The translations under genes were made by a program, and so were the position numbers. From a virus, in IMG/VR virus record IMGVR_UViG_3300048597_000118, positions 1-64,000 of that record: a stretch of 64,000 bases of DNA; one strand, given 5' to 3'. The notes under the pieces were generated by a model. The model was given only the letters and a program-made list of their open reading frames with translations, ran no database searches and was not told the origin of the DNA. Of this stretch, positions 1-12,000 are shown in pieces; the stretch's first letter is position 1, and every line of letters starts with the position of its first letter.

Positions 1-3000
1 CTAATGGTCTAGAGGTAACAGCAACCTCAGCCCCCTTAATGTCTTTCGGCAATGTAGGGGACTTAAGATAGTTATCTTCTCTTTTGTTCTTAGCAGTGTC
101 ATTTGATATTGTTCTAGGTGAAAGCAACTCAGAGCTATCTAATGCTGATAAGGTAGAACCGCGCCTAAAGCCCGCAACATTATTCTTTGGCGTAGAAGAC
201 TCTGGAGTAACTATTTGTGTAGTGGTTGTTTTACTGGAAGTTGCTGTGTTAGTGGTCGCAAATGCTACTTTTTGTCCGCCTGAGTGTCTAGATAAAGCTT
301 CAACTCGACGTTGTTCTTTCTCTACCTTTTTCTTCTTATATTTCCCGCTAAAGTCAAATACTTCTACGGCATCACTGGCGCCATGCTTGTTCTGTTTAAC
401 CCAGTCTCTACCTACCTTTTCACCGTATATAGAGCCGGCTATAGAGCCGACTACAGACCCTACTTGAGAACCTATCTTAAAGCCGACGGCAGCACCAGCT
501 GCTATGCCAATACCACCAAAGAAAAACCCGATGGCAGCACCTGCGGCAGCACCTAATAAACCTCCTGCCACCCAGCCAACACCTTGTCCTACAACATTGC
601 CAGCTAAACCACCTAATGCTCCGCCTACATCTTCTTTAGCTTTCTGGTATTCTTCTGCAGTAGTAGCAGTGTTAAGCCTATAAGCACCGTATCCTAGGGA
701 GATAGCGTCAGCAGCATAGTTAAGATAAGGTAGTGCTTTAGTAGCTTTAAGCCCTCCCTTTAGAGTTAAGTAAGTTGTAGCGTAGCCAGCACCAGACTGA
801 GACAGATACTCAAAACCATAGGATTTCTGAAAGTCAGTAGTATCCTTCTTAGCTAAAGTAGTTACCCCTCTATAAAGGTTGAAAGTTGCCATACCGGCGC
901 TAAGACTACTACTGGCATACGTAGACCTCGTTTGCCAGTCAGCTTCTTTAACTTTATCTATAGTATTACCTACTAAGCCACGGCCGGAGCGCCCCATTAT
1001 AGTAACCGGGTCGGAGTATTGAGGGGCGCCGCCAATACTACCCCGATTTTTGTTGCTTGTTATATCATCAACATCAATAGAAGGAGCTACACTTTTAGGT
1101 AAGTCTTTTTGCAAAGTAATATCTGATGACTTAGTCAAAGTCACTTGCTTCTGTACATCAGATGGCAAGTCGGCAACGGTGTATAACGGTTCGCCCCACT
1201 TTTGGTAATCACTTAGATGTTTTTTATATTGTTGCAGCACTTCGTCTGATTGAGAGCCGCTCATATCCATAAGCCCCTGTAAATCAGAACCTACGGTTCT
1301 AGGTCCAAGACTTCCATCTTGGTTAGGTACAGAAGTAAAGTCACCACGTTTAACAGATTCTACAGTGACCTCATCGCTGAACATAGAGAACGCTTCACTT
1401 TGTTCTGCAAATCTGGAGTAACCAAAGTCTAATACCATGGTCTCACCGCCTGGTCTGACCATTACGTTCCTGCCGTGTACGTCCCCGTGTACTATACCCT
1501 GTGAGTGTAACGACGCCAGCTTTTTAGCCATAGATAGTCTGGCGGCGCGCCTAACTTCTACACCACTAATATCATCACTAATATCATCAAAAGTAACACC
1601 GTAGTGCTTGCCCATATCAAAGCTGCGCTCATCAATACCATAAACAGGAGGAGCTAAGTTCGTCTCGGCTGCTAACTTTTGTATATTGGCTTCTACTTGT
1701 ATTGTGTTGGCTATCTGTTTATTTACTCCAGACTCTAACAAGGTTTTTCTTATTAGAGTCCGGCCACCGACTTCAACTTCTGTCAAAGTGCCATTTCTAC
1801 CAGACATGGGTCCTGACACCTGGTTAGTAGGTATACTAGGTGCCTCACTACGAACAGTACCGCTTGAAGCTTGTGACTCTATAACTGAGGGAGGTGCTTG
1901 TGGATTAGTAACCGTAGCAGTGCCACCGCTGCCGCCGCCTCCAATAGGGCGACCGCCACCGCCGCCGGGTTTGGGACTACCACCACTCTTATTATCTCTA
2001 TCTATACTGGGCTGCTTTGGAGAAATAACGCCTTCTTCTCCAATTGACACGTCAGACGATACGCCAGGGCTAAGATTTTCTAATATGCCTTTAGCTCCTG
2101 AAAAATGGTCACGCAGACGCTTAAACATCTTATTAGCACCTACGTTTAATGCAACATGGGCCGCCGCCCATATATACCCAGAAGGCCCAACACCATAAAT
2201 CAAGTCGTCGACCATACCCTCGCGACCATATTCATCCCCTTCGCCCTTCAAAATATTCCGGGACCTATGCCGGGCAATATTAGTCTTGGCTATACTCTGA
2301 GTCCGCACACCAGTAGCCAAACTGGTGGCAGCACCTTGCACCATACCAACTGGTCCACCAGTAAATAAACCAAACGCGGTATTAATAGCCACGCTGGCTA
2401 TCAGCGCCCCCAAACCGACTGCCTTGTCAGGAGCACTAATACTAGTCAAATACTTCTTGGAAGCCCTGTTAGCTCGAGCCAAATTCCTACTGCTGAGGTC
2501 TAAGTCTTCTCTATTCTCTTTAATCCAGTTACGTTCAGACCTTACTTCCCACGTGTCAAATCCTTTAGATACAGTACTCTGAACGAGGTTATAGCCAACA
2601 GCACTCATAGCCAGCTTAAAGATACTGGAAGACCCAGGCAAGTAAGAAGCATACAAACCTTCACTTGCTTTACTATAAGCACGACGAGACATAGCCGTTG
2701 ATTGTAAATATTGGGCTACACTCATGCGCCCGGCCCCGTATCTATTAGACTGCTTCTCTATTTCTTTCTGTGCTCCTTGAGCTGAGAAATGATATTGCAC
2801 TAAGGGTAATAAATGCGTCCCTGCCTCGGCACCTACAGACAAAACAGATAATACTTTTTGGCCTGCGGTCATGGCGGCGGCATTACCCACCGCCCTACCT
2901 GGTATAGCAAAACTAGGCTTGACATGTTGTCGGAATGTTATTCCCTTACCTGCTTGATACTTGAAGTTAGTTAAAGCATATGTAGTAGCACCAGCAACAC

Positions 3001-6000
3001 CTTGTATACCACTGGCATAAGTTACATACTCTCCATATTTATTATTTAGCTCCCGGTCCTGAGCGGCGTGTGTCATTTCTTCCGTGATAAACCGGGAGTT
3101 CAGACTGCCCAAACTGATGCCAGCCCCAGCAGAATTCTTTCTTAGTTGATTACGAGCATTAAATGCAGCCGGGTTTTGCAATTGCCATTGCATTCTATTC
3201 TGCATAGTATCCTTCCAACTATCAGGAACATACGACCCGCTCTCTATCCACTTCTCCCTCTCTAACCACTGCTTGGCGGATATCCCGTCCTTATACTTTT
3301 CTATACCCTGACCTAGCGAATACTGGTAACCAAAGAAGCTAGTAGCCGCCGCAGCAGTAGCCCCAGATAAAAGCACATAGGCTCCTTTACTGAAGGCCTG
3401 ACCTACGCTGGTGGGAATCTTACCTTTAGTGACCGCCAAGGTACTCAAAGTGATAGCTGCCCCAGCTCCGATAAGCCCCCAACCTAAAGTATCTTCTGCA
3501 GCTTCTCTTTGGATTAAATTCTTAACATAGACGTCCTTGATTCCTGCCTCACGCACAGCTAAGGTGTGCCTTTTAGCAAAGTACCGGTCAGTGTGGTCCA
3601 TAGCAAAAGCGGATGCTGTAAGAGTACCTACTGCTAAGGTTCTTAAAGCAAGACTCTTGTTGCCAGCGCTAGGTGTTTTAGACATCAGCGCCAACACAGC
3701 ACCACTGAATAACGCCTGCTTACCTAAATCACTACTCTTTTGACCTGCTAAATAGTTAGGGTTAGTGCCACTATATTGTTGTCTATCCTGACGCCAGGTT
3801 TCTTGCCAGTTATAGGTCGTGATAGCTGACTGGGCTACAGGTAGGATATGCGGCGCTACTTTGTTAGATACGCTTGCCCATTTACTGGAACCAAACCAAC
3901 CAACTTTATAGTAAGACGCCGTAGCAATCCCACTAATTGCTAGAGCTCCTAGTCCGGCAACGGAGTCTTTATTAAGATAACTGTCCCGACCTTGACGTTG
4001 CTCTGTCAATAAACGCCCAGAGTATAGGTCTTTAGCAGCCCATTCTTCGGCATTGCGACCGACTATTTCATTAACCTGACTAGTGATTAAAAGGGTGCCG
4101 ACCAAGCCAACTTTATTTTCTCCTTGGCTGAATGCACTCAACACACTACTAGTAGCCGTCATAGCCGCCGCTTGGTAATAAGCACGATAAGACTCCTTAT
4201 AGTTGCCCATATGGTCTTTTGGGTCTACCTTTGCAAATCTATGATGGGCAGCGGTAATAGTAGCCACGTCCAGCACAAACGGAGCCAGTTTTGTAGCATG
4301 GCTGCCTATAGTTCCCCATTTACTAGACCCACCTTCTTTTAATGCCTGGTTAGCCAGTTCTCTTTCGTCAAAGGCTAATAGCTCAGCTCTGGTAGGACTA
4401 TTATTGTTTTGGCTATCTACCAGCTTATTAAGAGAGTCTACAGACCACCGGGCAAGATCGCCCCATTTACCTTTAGATTTATAAATGTTCGTCCAACTGA
4501 TACGTAAGAAGTCAGTTAACGAAAACCCTTTAAACCAATAAGGAGCTCCTAGGGTAACTGGAGTAAGTATATTTTTAATCGCAGTGCGAGCATTAAACTG
4601 TATGGCTTTCCAGCCTACTTCCTTAGTTTGGTCTTTTACAGACTTTTTCAGTATGTTCTTAGTGACTGCATTACTTAGCTGAGTCACTAAGTCTTTACCA
4701 CGAATCATGTTGTAGGCATAACCGCCGGCCATGGCAGCAGCAACGCTACTACTTGCAAACTCATAGGCTTGGGCTTTAGTCCTGCCTTCTGAATCATCTT
4801 CTAGATTTAGTCCGGCATAACCAATGTTAAAGATACCTTTGGGTATGAAGCCAGCTACATCACTGTTTAATAACACCTTACTTAACTTAAATACAGCCAA
4901 AGTAGTCACGCCAAAAGTTGCTAGTTTGGTGGTAAACCCGGTAGCTTTACCAGCCCAAGAACCGGCAACGTCAGGTTTCATACCTGCTCCGATGCGAGCT
5001 AATAACGATACACCAGCAGTAACACCTATAGCTGCAAGCCGACGGCGGTCTAAGAATTTACGGTCATCTTCGTCCTCCTGATCGCCTATCCACCCAATCA
5101 TGTCATCAAGTGCAGGACTTAATAATGCTGTAGCTCCAGCAATAGCTACGCCACTATAAGCAGTGTTAGCAGCTATCCTCGACCAAGACCTGGTTTTGGC
5201 CCATTGCGTTGCTAGAGCTAACCCCGCCTTTACTCTTTTATGGGCCCATATGCCAGCTCCTACAACGGAATTACTTATGAAGCCAAAGTTTATCTTGCGT
5301 ACTTGTCTTATAGACTTACTGATTAGATGGTCTTGATTCCCTATGTAGTTATAAGCAGCGCCGGCATAGGGTCTAGCTAAAGCACCAGTAACACCAGCCC
5401 CCACTTGTAACCCCAACACATGCCAACGTTTGTCTTTATCTTCAGACCAACCTAATTTATTGGCTAGAATAGACGCCCCTATAACAGCAGTGGCAGACCA
5501 TACAAACATTTGATTATTAGGGGCGGCACCGGCCCCACCTATTGGCTTAAACACCACTCCCTTAACTTTGTCTAATATTTCGCCAGCCTTGATAAACGAG
5601 TCGATAGTTATAGCAGCGCTCTTACCTGCTACATCCATAGGTGCTTGAATAAGACTACCAGTGCTAAACAAGCTGTATCGCATTACGTTAGTAGCTTGGG
5701 ATAACCAGGGTGCTGCCGATGGTCTAGTCTTAGGCACTAAAGGTCCTAACAGTGCATTACCGTAACTATCTATTTCCTGTTGACGACGTTTGACTGCTAA
5801 ATGAGTGAGAGGAGATACATAGCTGTATCCCATGTGCTCACTGGATACTCGACCAGCCCCTTTAGTTAGCCGTTCCATGGTCAAGGAACCTATTATCGTA
5901 GTAGTCGGTTTACCTTGAAGGAAACTGGACATCAGTTCAGTAGTGATGCCGGCGTTAAGTTGTCCACCACGACGACGCCGGGACTCGATTCTATTCTTAC

Positions 6001-9000
6001 GGTCTTGTTCTATTTCTGCCCGGGTATATAGCCACATCCTGGGTCCATACGCTGTTTGCTCTGGTGCCCGTTCTGACCAACGGTCGTAGAATGACTCTTT
6101 AGTCTCAGGGACAAACAGGTCAGCTAAGAAACTAACCCCCGGCATTTGTGCCGCCCTACGACGCATATTAGTAAACATAGGGTCTAACCCAGCAGTTATT
6201 ACCCTTAATGGAGATAACAATGCCTGCACTGGGGCCAGACTACCTATGGCATCTAATGAGCTAGCTGTAGCTCTAATAGATGGTCTTACTATATTTTTGT
6301 CTAGCCATTTAAACTTAGGCTTGAAGAACCCAGTCAAATTCTTACGAAACCCTTTATTAGCATAAGCAACACTGCCTACAGCTACTGCCGCCACCATAAC
6401 TGATACAGCCAGTGTGGGGTTTTTAGTTAGAGTGCCTAGTATTACTTGGGCCGGTATTATCATCCCAAAGGTTTGGAATAGACTGGCAGCGGCGGCATAG
6501 GATGACCGGCGGCGTTCTAATTCATCCATTGGGTCTGATGCTGCCGCTGCATAACTTATAAATTCGTACCCTGCTTTAGCATCAAACAAAGCAAAGGATG
6601 CTCGGAATAACCCACCCGTCGCCTGTTTAAATAACCCAGAGTATCCTTCTGTGTCTATAAGATTTCGAATACTCTCAGAATTAGCACTAATATCTGGAAT
6701 TTCTACAGAACGGTTCACTACAAGCGATTTATTTACAGGGGCTTTGTCTAAGGCTTTAAAAGAGCCAGTCTGACGTAAGACCTCCATTTTGTTCTGTAGA
6801 TGTCTTTGGAGTAGAGTTTCAATCTCCTGACGACGTATGTCATCACCTTTAGCATTGCGTAAGACGTTAGTCAATCCTTCTACTAAGGCGTCGTCTGTGA
6901 CATCGTAAATGCCTTTAATCATTTGTTCAAAGGCATCGCCTTTGCCTTTCATGCCGTAGCCAATTTCTAGTTGAGCCACGCTCTCTTTAAACTTTGACCT
7001 AATTTCATTAAGGATTTCAGTTATTTGTGGTGCTTGGTCTGAGCTTAAAGCAGCTAATCTACCAGAAAATGTGTCTAAAGACTTGCTGAAATTCTGTAAT
7101 GAGCCGACGGCGTTATGCTTACCAAATACTGCATTCAGTGCTGATATAGCTTCGTCACTGACCGGTCCACTCATAGACAATTCAGACATCACTGAACCCA
7201 CTTGTTTAATCAAGCGGTCTCCATCAGCAGTGAATGACGTACTTCGTAAAGCATGGGTCACATTCTCTCTGGCCTGCCCCAAACTCCGAGAAGAATCTAC
7301 TAATGTCCCATATACCTGTAATGCTCCTAATGCGCCTAGACCTTGAACAATAGAAGTTATACCGGTACCGGCTAACATACCAGTTAACCCTACTGCGCTA
7401 AACGCTAGGGCAGCTGCCGGTACAATGTTGTGATAATTGGCTCCATACTCATCTAAGGTACGGTCATAGAAGGTGCCAAAGGCGTAGTCCATAATACCGC
7501 CGAAGTACCCAGTAACAGGATTGGGTCCTTTATCTTGTACCCGTTCAGAGTCATACAACAAAGAATTTAGGTCTTGTTGGGTAGACCGACCTTTAGCCAT
7601 GGCGTACATTGCACGGGCAAATTCAGCATTAGTCTGCACACTAAATCTAATAGGATTACCCGAGATATTTGTTGACTCAATTCGGAAGTTATTACCTACA
7701 TAGTCATAAATTGTGGCGATGCTTGGCGATATAAAGTTTGTAGTTGCTTCTGTTTTAATACGACCTGCGCCGGCCATTACGGTCATTAGGTCTAACATAT
7801 GACCTTCACCACTCTGCCATGCTAGTCTTCTAATTTCATCGCTACGACGACCAATGGCCATCTGTAAGGTTGGGCTGGATATAGCAGCAGACTCACCGGC
7901 ACTTATGTTGTTCTTATACGTGGCGCGGGACTTTCTCATTAAAGTAGCTCTATATAAAGCCACTACCCTGGAAGCCGGCATGTTCGGGTCTTTCTGAGCT
8001 GCTGCTAATAAAGGTCCTATAGATTTAGCATTATTAAACTCAGATGCCATGGCAGGCATTAAGTAAAATGACCCACTAACGTCTGCCGCCACAGACTGAG
8101 ACTGCATATACGATTTAACCATGTCCTGTTGAGCAGATACCCCCAACGGACCACCTATACCTAAGAAGGGCGACGGCGCATCTTGATAGGTACCCATTGA
8201 CTTAGATGGGTTACCCATAAAGAATACAGACCGTAAAATATAATCTCCTACATTAGCTATGGCTTCGTTTACATTTTTAGGTTGGTATCTGGCACCACGG
8301 ATACCCAAGTTAGTGAGCATGGCTTTCTGCTCTCTAGTCATTTGAGCGCCACGGCCAGTGTCAGTCACCGCCCTTAATAGGTAACTGAGAGGATTAGAGT
8401 GGTCGTAAAAGTCCGTTAAGGATAAAAACTGGGCAGCAATAAAAGAGCCTAATAGAATAGGAGCTAATACCCTAGAAGCCATTCCTAACCTGGCGGCACC
8501 AGATTGTAATAAAGGTAGTTCAGTCCTACGGAACTGTCTGAGTAAGGGCTCTACAACTTCATCTGATTGACCTTCTTTAATGGCTAGCATTAACGCTTTT
8601 TTACTGTCGGCAGCGGCTTCTATAGTGATTCCGTTGTTACTGAGGTGTTGTTGATATGCCTTATATATCTCTTGCTTTTTACGTCCTATATACCCAGTGC
8701 CAGTTTCATTAGCCCAATCAGTCACAGATTCAAAGGCGCCGGATGCCATTAATGCGCCGCCGAAGCCTGCTGCTCCTATAGCAGTACCCAAAGCGTAATT
8801 AGCTAAATGATTTTGCTCTAATTTGATAGTGTTAGTAGTGTCTCCTTTAATAAGACTGCCTACCAAAGCATCCATGTGGTCACTTTGATGCTCAGTGGTT
8901 GTCTGTCCAGGACGTAACATGCCAGCTACTAACATAGCGCTTAGGTAGAAAGGCATTAACTTTCTAGCCATGGGGCCGGCTTTAAATAAAGCCTGCTCTC

Positions 9001-12000
9001 CTCTACCTAAGAAGGCAGTTATTGAGTGAGTAAGATAATTAACACCGACAAAACTTAGAGAGTAGGCCCCTCTGGTTAACTGGTCTGTTACAGTCAAGCC
9101 TGTGCTTGTCAGACTATAAAGCCCTTTATAGTTTTCTAACTCTCTGTATATAGGAGAATTCTTATCTAGACGACCGACAACTTTGCTTAATGATTGTTCA
9201 GCGCTTTGTAGAGCAGTCAATCCGCCTATGAACAACACAGGCCGGTAATCAAAGGTTGGGTTTAGCCCAGACCCTAAGGCTAAAGAAAGGATGCCAGAGG
9301 AAGCCTTAAGTGTGCTATAAGCTTCTTTACGCTGTTCTACGTCAGAGTTATCACCTATAAGACCTCTTTGATTCATACCAGGTTGGAGGTCAGTCAGTTG
9401 ATTGATTAAGAATCGTTCAGCTACAGACGGGGTATATTTAGTAGCTGGGTTAAACATAGAAGGCACCATAAAGCCGACCCCAGATAAGGGATAAAGCTGT
9501 AAACCAGACTGCATAGATATCTGGTTGGTGCTGGGGTCTAGTTTGCCAACCATAGCAAACTGATAAAATGGCGCAGCTATCTGTGTAGCAAACGGGTAAA
9601 ATAACCGCCCTGGTTGTTGGTCACTTACTGTATATGCAGAGGCTAATAACCCAGCGACCACCATGCTACTTCTAGATACATAGTCCATATCCTTAGTAGC
9701 TTTCTCTGCTGATTGTCTATGAGCTTTAGCAAAGATAGCGGCAGCAGAACCTTTAATAGGGTCTAGCTCTATGCCTTTACGGGGGTCATGCCACCGTTGC
9801 CTGAAGATAGTATCTCCTAGGGCTATCAAAGGCTCTAAAGTAGATGCGGCTACAGAAGTAATAGCTTGTGTAGCTAATAGGGCCAAAGAGGCTCCTACAA
9901 AAGCACCGGCATAGCCAAACCGTAACTTATTGGACCCCCAGAATGCGTTGGAGCCTGCTCCTTTAAGCAAACCAGTTAATTCTTCAGCGTTCTTAGTAGC
10001 AGATATACCTTCAACACCGTTTACAACACCAGATGCTACTTGAGTGATTAACTTGACTTGGTCTTCAGAGAATTGTGACCCGTATTTGGCAGAAGTCCAG
10101 TATCTTAGATGGCTAGACTGATGATAGACAGAAGGAAAGACTAAACCACCTAATACATAACCAGCAGTAGCCGCCGGGTATTTTAAGATTGCTGGAGCGC
10201 TATGACTGTAATTCTGGCTATAGCCAGCTAACACCTTAGCGTCTGCTTCCCTACCTTCTACTTCGGGAGACTTAGTGCCAAAGATATGGCTCATTATGCT
10301 GTCTCCTATGTCTAAACCTTGCGGTTTGACGAAGAAGTGGTCAATAATACGGTCTGCGATCAGGACCGCACCGGTGCTGAATAAGAATTTACGGAACCCA
10401 GCATAAGCATCATCTCCAGGAGGGCCAAGGTCACTATGCCCAGTGGCGTATTTTATACCTGGTGTGTCATTGATTTTTGTTTGAATATCAATATGTAGTT
10501 GTTTTAACTTAACTACGTCTTCTTCGCTAATGCCAGAGTCTGGGCTTGTTAACTTATTAATAAAGGCTTGTAATACATCATCGAACTTTACATTAGCTGC
10601 CCCTCCTTGAGCACTGCTCAACACGTTAAAGGTGTCCTTAAACGACTGGGCTACTTTCAGCTCAATAACAGACGCCTGGCTTTGTAATTTAAACGTCTCC
10701 AGGGTATCAGTTACATATTTACCTACACCTACTGAGGCAATATTCCCTATAGTCCGGGCCACTTCTCCTTGTAGGGAAAGTAGTCCAGTAAAACCAGGAC
10801 CGATTAACTGTTTAAAGTTTCGGCGGTTACCTATTATGTCATCTTGAGATTTACCTTGAACTACCTCATACCGGTTAAAAGCGTCTCTTATTGGTTTTAT
10901 CCACAATAAAGGATTAGCAGGTAGGTATTCAGCTAGGCTATCAAAGGTACGAGCTAAGTCTGTTAAACGGTCATAACCGTAGTGAAGTATTCTATTGACT
11001 TGGTCTTTTTGGGCGCTGGAATCAAAACGTAGCACAGGTTTAGCCCGGGCTAAGTCTATTAATTCTTCTCTTGCTTTTATATACCCAGCTTTTAATTTAT
11101 CTGTTGGTATGTCTACCGCGTTATCTAAAAACGGTAGGAACATGTTAGCCAAGTTAGCGCTGTCTAAGCGACGTACAGCCCCTAAATTCTTGAAGCCTAC
11201 AATATCAGGTATGTTGGGAGCTCCAGGATTAGGGTTGTCTAGAGAACGCGCTAGGTCTATGCTACCGCTAATTCTATGGGTGTCTTTATCTATAGCAAAG
11301 GTTATGCCTGTTTCTCTAAGTACTTCTCTAAAAGTAGCCTCAAACTTCTCTGGTGTTAGGTCGTCTGCTGACTTACTCTTAAGCTTCTTACGTACCAAGC
11401 TTATTAAATCATCTTTAAGATCTGTGTTGGTGTTAGACCTGTTATATATGTCTTCTAAGAACTTAAATAATTCTTCTTCTACCCCTGCTAATGCCTGTGC
11501 ATTTGCGCCTGTTCGGGCAGTATACCAATCAAAAAGACTGTTCTTGGCTCCTGTTACGTTCTTACCGGCTGCAAAATCCTGTACAGTCAGTAAATACTCT
11601 CCTAGAGCTAAACCTTCTTTTGCCGGCGTAAGGGCTGCACCAGTACTTCGCGCCAGACGGTCTAGTGTCCTTGCTTGCGAGAACATTCTTCTGTGACCAG
11701 TGTCTAACATCAAAACACCCGTGTAGTCACTTCCTTGTTCTGCTACTTTAGTTACTACGTCTACTACAAAACGAGACCCACTCTCTTCAATTTGAGACTT
11801 GGCTATAGAATAAGCGTGGGTCACACCAAAGTAACTAGCCATAGACAAAGACGTCTCAGCAATAGTCGTAGTTACGGTATTGAATAGATTTTCAAAGAAG
11901 CCCCGCTGCTGTTTGTCTCTAAAATACTCCTGCTCAATAATCTTCTGTTGGTACTCACCTATAGAGCCAGACAAATCTCCTTCGTGTTGTTTCTTAATGC

